Source: an uncultured Thermoplasmatales archaeon
GTDB lineage: Archaea; Thermoplasmatota; E2; DHVEG-1
Length of the DNA stretch: 64,000 nt
Reading direction: 5' to 3'
NCBI GenBank assembly: GCA_964636235.1
Contig: CAZWQV010000004.1
Location: forward strand, 3,257 to 67,256
The number at the start of each line of letters is the position of its first letter. The first letter of the stretch is position 1. Positions 20,703-29,447 of this stretch are shown in pieces. Under the pieces are notes generated by a model. The model searched no databases, was not told the DNA's origin, and saw only the letters and a list, made by a program, of their open reading frames with translations. The position numbers and the translations under genes were made by a program.

Positions 20703-21320
20703 ATGAAGATTTATGCCGCTGCGGATATTCATGGAGCTCAGTTCCGAGTTAATGAAATGATAGATGCCATAACTGCCAATAAACCGGATATTACTGTAAT
20801 TTGTGGTGATATCACCCAGTTTGGCCCGGGGGATATGGCATATTATATTCTTAATCAACTACCAGAACCCATCCTTGTTGTGCCTGGAAATATTGATACC
20901 GAAGATGTAAACCAAGGAATACAACGCAGCAAGGCAATTAATATTCAATTTCAAAGATATGACTTAAAAGGTATTTCGTTTTTAGGTTTGAACGGAGTAT
21001 CGGAACGACAAACAAATGCTTTTTATGATTATGAAGATAATAAAAAATTATTTTCTCATTTGGATGTCCTGGTCACTCATGTTCCCCCATATGGTTTTCA
21101 AGATACTATCTTTCTTGGAAAACATGGGGGAAGTAAAGCATTGCTTACAATTATAAATGAGATCCACCCGAGATTAGTTCTCTGTGGCCATATTCATGAA
21201 AATCCAGGATTCATGAAAAAGAATGATCTTACGGTTATTAATTGCAGTATGGGTAAAAGAGGTAAGGGTGCTATTGTGACCATAGAAAAAGATGATATAT
21301 CTGTTGAGATGATTAGTTAG
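20703..21320 (+). CDS. Calcineurin-like metallophosphoesterase (COG2129-like)
   Basis: ADIHG, GDIT, PGNID, THVPP, GHIHE. Confidence 0.9.
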   Translation: MKIYAAADIHGAQFRVNEMIDAITANKPDITVICGDITQFGPGDMAYYILNQLPEPILVVPGNIDTEDVNQGIQRSKAINIQFQRYDLKGISFLGLNGVSERQTNAFYDYEDNKKLFSHLDVLVTHVPPYGFQDTIFLGKHGGSKALLTIINEIHPRLVLCGHIHENPGFMKKNDLTVINCSMGKRGKGAIVTIEKDDISVEMIS

Positions 21321-22998
21321 CTTTTTTGGTTTGTTGTTGAATCTTTTTCCAAGTATCTTTTAATGATACTGTTCGATTGATGATGAGATGGGTGGCTGTC
21401 GAGTCAGGGTCAATACAGAAATATCCTTTCCGTTCGAATTGAAATCGGTCAAATGCTTGTAATGATTTGATTGCTGGCTCTACTTTACAATTTTTTAGAA
21501 TTTTTAATGATTCTGGGTTTAAAAATGTTTTAAAGTCTTTTTGTTTATCCGCAGTTGGTTCAGGCACTGTAAATAACCGATCGTATAATCTAATTTCAGC
21601 ATCACAAGCATGGGCAGCTGAAACCCAATGAATGGTTGCTTTGACTTTTCGACCATCCGGTGCATATCCCCCTTTCGTTTCAGGATCAATGGTACAATGA
21701 AGTTCGGTTATTTTATCTTCAGTTTTTTTAACATCATTGCAGGTGAGATAATATGCATAACGTAACCTAATTTCTCTCCCAGGGGCTAGTCGATAGAATT
21801 TTTTAGGGGGATTTTCCATAAAGTCTTCTTGGTCGATGAAAATTTCTTTTGAAAATGGGATATTGCGTGTTCCCGCATTCGTATCTTCTGGATTATTTAT
21901 TGCCTCTAATTCTTCAAAACCAGCCTCTTCATAATTATCAATAATCACTTTTAATGGGTGAAGAACTCCCATAAAGCGAGATGCTGTTTTATTAAGATCT
22001 TCTCTAACACAATGTTCAAGAAAATCAATATCAATAGTACTATTAACTTTTGCAACCCCAATTCGTTTGGAAAAATTTCGTATTGATGATGGGGAATATC
22101 CTCTTCTTTTCATTCCACTTATAGTTGGCATTCGGGGGTCATCCCAACCATTGACATAACTACCATCAACCAATTCTTTTAACATTCTTTTACTCATAAT
22201 AGTAAACGACAGATTCAACCTTGCAAATTCAATTTGTTGCGGATGGTAAACTTCTAATTGATCAAGAAACCAATCGTATAAGGGTCGATGATTTTCAAAT
22301 TCTAAGGTACAGATAGAATGTGTTATTTTCTCAATCGAGTCTTCTAAACCATGAGCCCAATCATACATTGGATAAATACACCATGAATCCTTAGTGTTAT
22401 GATGAGACTCATGAAGAATTCTATAAATGATTGGATCTCTCATATTAATATTAGGATGAGCCATATCGATTTTAGCTCTAAGTACTTTCTCACCATTTTC
22501 AAATTCCCCCTGTTTCATCCGTACAAAAAGATCTAGATTTTCTTCAATTGAACGATTTCTATAGGGGCTGTTTATACCTGGTTGAGTAAGACTTCCCCTT
22601 GTTTTACTTATTTCATCTGGTTGTTGATCATCAACATAGGCTTTACCTTTTTTAATTAAATCAATAGCATAGGTGTACATCTGATTAAAATAATCTGAAG
22701 CAAAATAGAGTCTATCCCCCCAATCAAATCCTAGCCATCTTACGTCATTAATAATTGATTGAACGTATTCATCTGTTTCCTTCACGGGGTTTGTGTCATC
22801 AAACCGAAGATTACAGAAACCATTATAATCTTCTGCAATACCAAAATTCAAACAGATTGATTTTGCATGACCGATATGCAAATAACCATTTGGTTCAGGA
22901 GGAAATCTCGTATGAACTCTCCGATTATATTTATTTGTTTTAATGTCTTCATCAATGATATCACGAATGAAATCTTTTTGTTTTTCTGAATCATCCAT
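21313..22998 (-). CDS. glnS: Glutamine--tRNA ligase (bacterial type)
   Basis: [10 protein letters not shown]...[107 protein letters not shown] lies 6 nt before ATG. Confidence 0.95.
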   Translation of the reverse strand: MDDSEKQKDFIRDIIDEDIKTNKYNRRVHTRFPPEPNGYLHIGHAKSICLNFGIAEDYNGFCNLRFDDTNPVKETDEYVQSIINDVRWLGFDWGDRLYFASDYFNQMYTYAIDLIKKGKAYVDDQQPDEISKTRGSLTQPGINSPYRNRSIEENLDLFVRMKQGEFENGEKVLRAKIDMAHPNINMRDPIIYRILHESHHNTKDSWCIYPMYDWAHGLEDSIEKITHSICTLEFENHRPLYDWFLDQLEVYHPQQIEFARLNLSFTIMSKRMLKELVDGSYVNGWDDPRMPTISGMKRRGYSPSSIRNFSKRIGVAKVNSTIDIDFLEHCVREDLNKTASRFMGVLHPLKVIIDNYEEAGFEELEAINNPEDTNAGTRNIPFSKEIFIDQEDFMENPPKKFYRLAPGREIRLRYAYYLTCNDVKKTEDKITELHCTIDPETKGGYAPDGRKVKATIHWVSAAHACDAEIRLYDRLFTVPEPTADKQKDFKTFLNPESLKILKNCKVEPAIKSLQAFDRFQFERKGYFCIDPDSTATHLIINRTVSLKDTWKKIQQQTKKAN

Positions 22999-23151
22999 AC
23001 TCAATCACCATATAATTTCTCACATTTTTTAAATGGTTTAAATGATAAAGTTGTAGAATCATGGTACAACTTTAATAATTAACATTTCGTAATGAAAAAT
23101 GCAACACATAAGGTTTTTGTTTGAAAAAGAGAATATTTCATCATTATTTAG

Positions 23152-23293
23152 AAAAAAATTGAAGGGAGGGGAAAAACTAAAAATGAGAATATATAGGGGA
23201 CAAATAAAATTCAACTATTGTTTTTCCCAGTTGCATATCCTTCGACCTTCTTCTCCCTTTATTATATATTTTGTTTCTTCTATTATTTAATAT
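23152..23293 (-). ncRNA. Candidate structured small RNA or leader upstream of glnS
   Basis: AAAACC-TTTATATA promoter at 23317-23330, nested inverted repeats (23169-23177 with 23220-23228; 23162-23168 with 23253-23259), T7 run at the 3' end. Confidence 0.3.
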
Positions 23294-23515
23294 TTCTTGT
23301 TATTTTATAACACGATTATATAAAGGTTTTGCTTATCAATTAAATTGACAATATTTTGTTTAGAGTATTTTCAAAAAGCAAAGTATTTGATTACATCCAA
23401 TCGATAATGAACTATTAATATTTTTTAATAAAAAGAAATGATAAAAAAGAAATTGAGTATCTTAGATATTTTTATTAACTATTGTTACTTATTACTATAT
23501 AAAAAGGGGATAATC

Positions 23516-24778
23516 GTGAACGGTTTAAATAGAAAGAAAGCTTTTATTATTTTATTATTTACAATTTTTATTATTCCAAGTGTTCCAAGCTATGCCTCTG
23601 ATTCAGCTGATCAATCTTCATTAAGTACACATACTGTACTTGTTGAAGTGGCATCATCTCAGGGATGCTCTGGTTGTAGTAGTTGGAATGCGATAATTAA
23701 TAATGAATTTTTAAATGGCATTTATGATTTTGAATTTGTGGAAATGATTGTATATGATCATTTATGGGATGTATTGAATAATGTAACCTATGATTGGAAT
23801 GAAATGTTTGGAATATCAAGCTACCCCACATCAGTTTTTGATGGTGGATTTGATTTTCTTATAGGTAGTAATCCCACGAATTTACCTGAAGTTTTAGAAA
23901 ACAGTCAGAATAGAACAGTATCGGATATTGATGCGCAAATTCAAGTATTATGGTATCACCCTGCTACATTGAAAGTCAGTATCAACATTACCAACAATGA
24001 ACCTTATACATATGATGGTTCCATCCGTTCTCATATAGCAGAAATAGAATCTCGATATTCTACATCACAAGGCCATTTCTATCATAATGGTTTCCTGGAT
24101 TTTGCGTTTAATAAAAATATCTCTATTCCTCCCTATGGATCATATACTGATACAAAAAGTTGGGACGCAACGTTACATAAAGATGCCCATGGAGATTCAT
24201 TTGGTGATATTGAAAAAGATAATATCAAAGTTTACTTAACAGCTTTTGATAAGAATGGATTATGTGATGAGGTTGTTATCACTCAACCGGTCTACGCTCC
24301 TCAGTATGAAGAAATAAACCAATCTGTACATAATAGAGGATTTCCAATCCGTCATGCTGCTGATGGTGATTGGGGTGCTGCTCAGAATTTTACATCAACA
24401 CAGGATTCGCTAAGTAGTATGCAGATTTATCTTCGTAAATTTGGAACTCCTGAATTCAATTTAAGTATTGAATTACATGAAGATGCGATTACTGGACCAA
24501 TTGTGGAAACCTTTACATTTACGCCAAGTGAAATTCCCAGTTCTTGGAAATGGCTCTCATTAAATATGACCAATGATACAGTTGTGAATGGAAAAAAGTA
24601 TTTTATCACCATTCCACCAGCAACATCTGGAATATCTACCTCATTTGGTTATGAATGGGGTTATGCATTTGGAAACCAATACGACAACGGTGCATTCTGG
24701 TTCACTCGTGACGGAGGAAACTTATGGAGAGATCTTCCGACCATGTATGAATTTACCTTTAAAACTTTTAGATATTAA
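23516..24778 (+). CDS. Secreted protein with thioredoxin-like/Omp28-like N-domain and a Trp/Gly-rich C-terminal beta module
   Basis: GTG start after GGGGA, signal peptide, HTVLVEVASSQGCSGC (CxxC), SYPTSVFDGG (cis-Pro-type motif), C-terminal RGFPIRHAADGDW...FWFTRDGG. Confidence 0.7.
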   Translation: MNGLNRKKAFIILLFTIFIIPSVPSYASDSADQSSLSTHTVLVEVASSQGCSGCSSWNAIINNEFLNGIYDFEFVEMIVYDHLWDVLNNVTYDWNEMFGISSYPTSVFDGGFDFLIGSNPTNLPEVLENSQNRTVSDIDAQIQVLWYHPATLKVSINITNNEPYTYDGSIRSHIAEIESRYSTSQGHFYHNGFLDFAFNKNISIPPYGSYTDTKSWDATLHKDAHGDSFGDIEKDNIKVYLTAFDKNGLCDEVVITQPVYAPQYEEINQSVHNRGFPIRHAADGDWGAAQNFTSTQDSLSSMQIYLRKFGTPEFNLSIELHEDAITGPIVETFTFTPSEIPSSWKWLSLNMTNDTVVNGKKYFITIPPATSGISTSFGYEWGYAFGNQYDNGAFWFTRDGGNLWRDLPTMYEFTFKTFRY

Positions 24779-24785
24779 AAAAAAA
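24777..24785 (-). terminator. Oligo-T terminator after tRNA-Gln
   Basis: T9 run on the minus strand immediately after discriminator base G73. Confidence 0.6.
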
Positions 24786-24857
24786 CAGCCCTGACCAGAT
24801 TTGAACTGGTGTCTAGAGATCCAGAGTCTCTGATGCTAACCACTACACCACAGGGCC
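24786..24857 (-). tRNA. tRNA-Gln(CUG), intronless, CCA not encoded
   Basis: GGCCCTG-TG-GTGT-AGTGGTTA-GCAT-C-AGAGA-CTCTGGA-TCTCT-AGAC-ACCAG-TTCAAAT-CTGGT-CAGGGCT-G. Full cloverleaf, anticodon CTG. Confidence 0.96.
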
Positions 24858-24899
24858 AATTTTTTATATCTTTTGACATTTATTTTTAATGAATACAGA

Positions 24900-25991
24900 C
24901 TATTTTTCAAGGAAAATCGTTTGAGTTGGAAATGCCATCTCAATTCCTTCCTTTTCAAACGCTGCTTTCATATCAAGGTTAATCTGCTGTTGAATATCCA
25001 TATATTTTGCGTAATCTTGACTATTGATATAATAGACGATTTCAAATTTAAGACTGAAATCACCAAATTCTTTAAAATGTATCCGGTCAACTTTTGTAAG
25101 TTCGATATTTTCTATTATTTTTCTTACCATCTCGGGTATCTTCTTTAGTTTTTCAGAAGGTGTTCCGTATACAACACCAAAACCGAAACTAATTCGTCTT
25201 TTTCTCATTTTTTTGAAATTCCGAACATTTGTTGTAGTCAAAACGGAATTAGCTAAAACCAGTTCTTCACCCTGTAATAATTGAACCCGGGTCGATTTCA
25301 TACCAATTTTTTTTACAGTTCCAGAATAATCTCCGACAACAATGAAATCTCCTATTTCAAACGGTTTATCAAAATAGATAGAAAAAGCGCTAAATAGATC
25401 ACTTAAAACATTTTGTAAGGCAAATGCAATTGCAATCCCGCCAACTCCAAATCCGACAACTATTCCAGATAAATTAACATTGAATATATATAAAATTACA
25501 AAAAATGCGATTAGATAGATAAAGGCATTTATAATTTTCTTTAGAACAAATAAGATATGTTCACTCATACTTTTTTTTGCACTTTTTTTAGAATACCATG
25601 CAAAAAGAACATTAACAACTCTCGTAATAACAAATGTAATCAGTAAAATTTCAGCAATGGTAAATATTATTCGAATGTATTCTTGATAATTATTAAGTAT
25701 TTCAAAGGCACTTATTCCAAAATAAATACCGACTAAAATAACAAAAAAATAAATCGGTTTTTTGATGTTTTTTAATATTTCATCATCCAGTGTGGTTTTT
25801 GTTTTTTCTGCCCATCTACAAAAATATCGTTCGAAGATATGATAGACAATCCATCCTAGTATAATAAATGATACAAAAATACTAATCGCAGTTATAGATT
25901 GAATTATTATGGGGTCCGCATTTATACCAATACTTCTGAAAAAAGATTCAACGATTTCTAATGTATTTGTACTAATATTCATATGAATCAT
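24900..25991 (-). CDS. mscS: Small-conductance mechanosensitive channel (MscS family)
   Basis: GVGGIAIAFALQNVLSD, DKPFEIGDFI, GTVKKIGMKSTRV, IEMAFPTQT. Confidence 0.93.
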   Translation of the reverse strand: MIHMNISTNTLEIVESFFRSIGINADPIIIQSITAISIFVSFIILGWIVYHIFERYFCRWAEKTKTTLDDEILKNIKKPIYFFVILVGIYFGISAFEILNNYQEYIRIIFTIAEILLITFVITRVVNVLFAWYSKKSAKKSMSEHILFVLKKIINAFIYLIAFFVILYIFNVNLSGIVVGFGVGGIAIAFALQNVLSDLFSAFSIYFDKPFEIGDFIVVGDYSGTVKKIGMKSTRVQLLQGEELVLANSVLTTTNVRNFKKMRKRRISFGFGVVYGTPSEKLKKIPEMVRKIIENIELTKVDRIHFKEFGDFSLKFEIVYYINSQDYAKYMDIQQQINLDMKAAFEKEGIEMAFPTQTIFLEK

Positions 25992-26050
25992 CTTCCCCCT
26001 AAAAAAATAACCCTACTTTAATGTTTCATTTTCTCAATCAACTTCATTTA

Positions 26051-27697
26051 TTATAACATAGGCATATGTAGATCTGATTTTTTCACTACATCAATAGCTT
26101 CTTTATATCCTGCATCCGCATGTCTAATAACACCTATTCCAGGGTCTGTCTTAAATACTCTTTTTATACGTTCATCTGTTTCTTTCGTTCCATCACAAAC
26201 TACTACCATCCCTGCATGAGTAGACAGGCCAATACCAACTCCTCCACCATTGTGGATTTGGACATTATCAGCGCCTGCTGCACAATTTAATAAGGCATTT
26301 AATAACGGCCAATCAGCAATAGTATCGCTTCCATCCTTCATCCGTTCGGTTTCTCTATAGGGGGATGCAACACTGCCAGTATCTAAATGATCCCTTGTAA
26401 TAGCAATTGGGCCAATTTCACCATGCCTAATCAATTTATTAATTCCAAGCGCAAATTTTTCTCGTTCCTCATATCCAAGCCAACAAACTCGTGCAGGCAG
26501 CCCCTCCCATGGAAGATGTTTTTCGGCCAAATTAATCCAATTTGATAAAATAGTATCCATTGGAAACATATTCATTACTAGTCTATCTGTTTTCAGGATA
26601 TCCTCTGGATTTCCAGTTAATGAAAGCCATCTAAAAGGTCCGCGCCCGACACAAAGCATGGGGCGTACATAAGCGGGAACAAAACCGGGGTAATTAAAAG
26701 CATTTTTAAGTCCTGCTTTTTGTGCTTGGCCTCTTAAATTATTACCATAATCAAATACAATACTTCCCTTTTTCTGAAAATCAATCATTGCTTGACAGTG
26801 GATTTTCATACTTTTCAGTGATTCTTTCTTATATGCTTTTGGATCAGATGTACGTAATGCTATTGCTTTATCAAGACTATTGCCATAATATCCTGCAGGA
26901 ACATAACCGTTTAGTTCGTCATGAGCAGAGGTTTGATCAGTTACAATATCAGGCTGGAATCCTTCCTTAACCAATTGTGGAAGCACATCTGCACAATTTC
27001 CTAACAGTCCAATTGCTATTGCATTTCCACGTTGTTTTTCTTTTTCAGCCATATCAATTGCTTCATGAATATCTGCTATCTTTTTATCACAAAATCCTGC
27101 TTTTATTCTCCTATCTATCCGTTTTTCATCACATTCAACATCGATACAAATACCACCGGCCATTTTCACTGCTAATGGTTGAGCACCTCCCATACCACCC
27201 ATACCACCAGTTAAAACAATTTTTCCTTTCAGGTTCTTATTAAAATGTTTTTTTGCTAGAGCTGAAAATGTCTCATATGTTCCTTGAATTATGCCCTGTG
27301 TTCCAATATAACACCATGAACCTGCAGTCATCTGACCGTACATAGTTAGCCCTAATTTTTCCAGCTCATTAAACTTATCCCAATTACTCCAATGAGGAAC
27401 AATATTTGCATTTGCCATTAGTACTCTTGGCGAATTTTCCCACGTTCTAAAAACACCAACTGGCTTGCCTGATTGAATAATAAGCGTTTCATCATTTTCT
27501 AATGACTGTAATGTTTGAACAATTTTATCATAACATTTCCAATTTCTTGCTGCCTTTCCCGTTCCACCATATATAATTAAATCTTCTGGTAATTCAGCAT
27601 TTTCTAGATTATTTTCAAGCATTCGAAGAATCGCTTCTTGTTTCCAACCTTTACAGCGTAATGTTGTTCCTCTTGCAGCTTTTATTTGTTTCCCCAT
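26051..27697 (-). CDS. hutU: Urocanate hydratase
   Basis: GWKQEAILRML.NNL, YGGTGKAARNW, GQMTAGSW.YIGTQGI, TDQTSAHD, RDHLD.GSVASPYRETE, HADAGY. Confidence 0.97.
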   Translation of the reverse strand: MGKQIKAARGTTLRCKGWKQEAILRMLENNLENAELPEDLIIYGGTGKAARNWKCYDKIVQTLQSLENDETLIIQSGKPVGVFRTWENSPRVLMANANIVPHWSNWDKFNELEKLGLTMYGQMTAGSWCYIGTQGIIQGTYETFSALAKKHFNKNLKGKIVLTGGMGGMGGAQPLAVKMAGGICIDVECDEKRIDRRIKAGFCDKKIADIHEAIDMAEKEKQRGNAIAIGLLGNCADVLPQLVKEGFQPDIVTDQTSAHDELNGYVPAGYYGNSLDKAIALRTSDPKAYKKESLKSMKIHCQAMIDFQKKGSIVFDYGNNLRGQAQKAGLKNAFNYPGFVPAYVRPMLCVGRGPFRWLSLTGNPEDILKTDRLVMNMFPMDTILSNWINLAEKHLPWEGLPARVCWLGYEEREKFALGINKLIRHGEIGPIAITRDHLDTGSVASPYRETERMKDGSDTIADWPLLNALLNCAAGADNVQIHNGGGVGIGLSTHAGMVVVCDGTKETDERIKRVFKTDPGIGVIRHADAGYKEAIDVVKKSDLHMPML

Positions 27698-27750
27698 AAA
27701 AATCGGAAGATGTTATTTAGGAATCGCTACTTAAATCTTTGTTCTAATCT

Positions 27751-27860
27751 AAAAAACCAACCAACTATTCAACCATTGGAAAAGGAAGGTAGGCTGGCCT
27801 CACTAGGAGGGGATGGGATGCACTCTAACAAAAAACTACCAGCCCGATTCCTTCCATCAC
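27751..27860 (-). ncRNA. Candidate small RNA (GC-rich hairpin with C-rich and U-rich loop)
   Basis: Stems 27784-27789/27850-27855 and 27792-27797/27839-27844. TATA-like CATATATA with GAAAAG upstream (27878-27891). T6 run at 27751-27756. Confidence 0.4.
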
Positions 27861-27981
27861 CACATACGATATTGTGGTATATATGCTTTTCGAATCATTT
27901 ATAAATACATGTAAAAAGGTTCATTGTTTTTGCATTTAATGAAATAATAGAAAAGTATTAATTGCTCATAAATAGAATAAT

Positions 27982-28197
27982 TTATGCAACTGAAATACTA
28001 ACAACATTGTTTCCTCTAAGAATGATTGTCCCAAGCCGACGTTTGTTTTCATCATTCGTTTCTTCAACGTCATTTAAAACCATGTTCATATACTCATCAT
28101 AACCGGAAAGAGTGCCTTCAATCACACGGCCATCTTTTAAGAGAAGAGCAAGTTTTTGATTGACAGATTTTTCAAGAACATCTAATGGTAAAGCCAT
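27982..28197 (-). CDS. Lsm/Sm-like archaeal protein (SmAP)
   Basis: [27 protein letters not shown] (Sm1/Sm2 motifs). Confidence 0.93.
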   Translation of the reverse strand: MALPLDVLEKSVNQKLALLLKDGRVIEGTLSGYDEYMNMVLNDVEETNDENKRRLGTIILRGNNVVSISVA

Positions 28198-28328
28198 AGA
28201 GAGGGTGAAACATATCCTCCTTTTTAAATCATTCCCCCGAAAATTGATATTTCTTAACTCATGAAAGCATAATAATTATAAAGATGGGATTGATTACACA
28301 ATCGCTCTGAATTGGGGAGGAGTATCAT

Positions 28329-29396
28329 ATGACCGATGGAAAAATTATACATGTCGTGGGAACAGGAACAATAGGGGAACCTTTAATTGGATTATTATGT
28401 GATGCCAAAAAAGATCTTGGCATTGATGAAATAACTTTTTATAAACATTCAGCAAAAGAAATTGATAGACCTAAAATAAAAGGGTTAGTCAATCGAGGAG
28501 CTGAGTTATGTGTAAGTGAAGGAAAAATTAAAGATTTCCAAGAGCTTGGCGTAGAACCAGTTTATAATTCTGAAGAGGCAATTAAAAGAGCAGATGTAGT
28601 TATTGATTGCACTCCAAAAGGAACTGGCTTAATGAATAAAGAAAAATATTATAATAAATTTAAAAAAAAGGGAAAAGGATACATTGCTCAGGGTTCTGAA
28701 TTTGGTTTTGGAAAAATGTATGCAGTTGGAATTAATGATGAAGTTATAGATCCTAAAGATCAATTTATTCATGTTGTTAGCTGCAATACACATAATATTG
28801 CGGTATTGATTCATACACTTGCTATGGAAAATAAAAAAAATCATCTTAAAGAAGGAAAATTCCTTTGTATTCGTCGAGCAAATGATATCAGTCAGGTAAA
28901 AAGCTTTGTTCCTTCACCTGAGGTTGGTACACATAAAGACCCGCAAATGGGCACTCACCATGCTGTTGATGTTTATCATCTTTATAAAACGCTTAATATT
29001 GATCTTAATGTGTTCTCAAGTGCATTAAAACTGAATACACAATATATGCATTGCATATGGTATAATTTAAAGTTGGATAAAAAAACTTCTAAAGAAAAAG
29101 TAATTGAAAAATTTATTGAAAATCCACGAGTGGCTGTCACTCAGAAACAAGCTGCTAATCTTGTTTTTTCATATGGTCGAGACCATGGCCATTATGGTAG
29201 AATTCTTAATCAGACTGTAGCGGTTCTTCCCTCTGTTCACGTGATAAATGATAATGAAATATTTGGATTTTGTTTCACTCCTCAAGATGGTAATTCCATT
29301 ATGAGCAGTATTACTATGGCGATGCGTTTTCTTTATCCTGATTCATATACGGATTATATGCAGTGTCTTGATGTATTCTTATTGCAGGAAGTATAA
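28329..29396 (+). CDS. Divergent archaeal (class II) glyceraldehyde-3-phosphate dehydrogenase-like protein
   Basis: VGTGTIG Rossmann motif, DVVIDCTPKG, VVSCNT catalytic Cys, IRRAND, THHAVD. Confidence 0.75.
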   Translation: MTDGKIIHVVGTGTIGEPLIGLLCDAKKDLGIDEITFYKHSAKEIDRPKIKGLVNRGAELCVSEGKIKDFQELGVEPVYNSEEAIKRADVVIDCTPKGTGLMNKEKYYNKFKKKGKGYIAQGSEFGFGKMYAVGINDEVIDPKDQFIHVVSCNTHNIAVLIHTLAMENKKNHLKEGKFLCIRRANDISQVKSFVPSPEVGTHKDPQMGTHHAVDVYHLYKTLNIDLNVFSSALKLNTQYMHCIWYNLKLDKKTSKEKVIEKFIENPRVAVTQKQAANLVFSYGRDHGHYGRILNQTVAVLPSVHVINDNEIFGFCFTPQDGNSIMSSITMAMRFLYPDSYTDYMQCLDVFLLQEV

Positions 29397-29447
29397 ATAC
29401 ATTTGGCGATGTGATATTGAATTAAATAAATCAATAAATTTATTCTC

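Noticed and set aside
155..21320. Convergent genes with overlapping 3' ends (155-158, 13380-13383, 21313-21320)
   Set aside because: Common in compact AT-rich genomes, with no special significance.
23099..23290. 63-aa plus-strand ORF upstream of glnS, and a possible T-box riboswitch
   Set aside because: The ORF has no SD or motif and the promoter points the other way. No T-box antiterminator consensus (GGTGGTACC-like) is present.
27686..27904. 72-aa plus-strand ORF, or an H/ACA guide reading of the hairpin
   Set aside because: The ORF overlaps the hutU start and promoter. The hairpin has only a 2-nt pocket strand and no K-turn, so H/ACA is unsupported.
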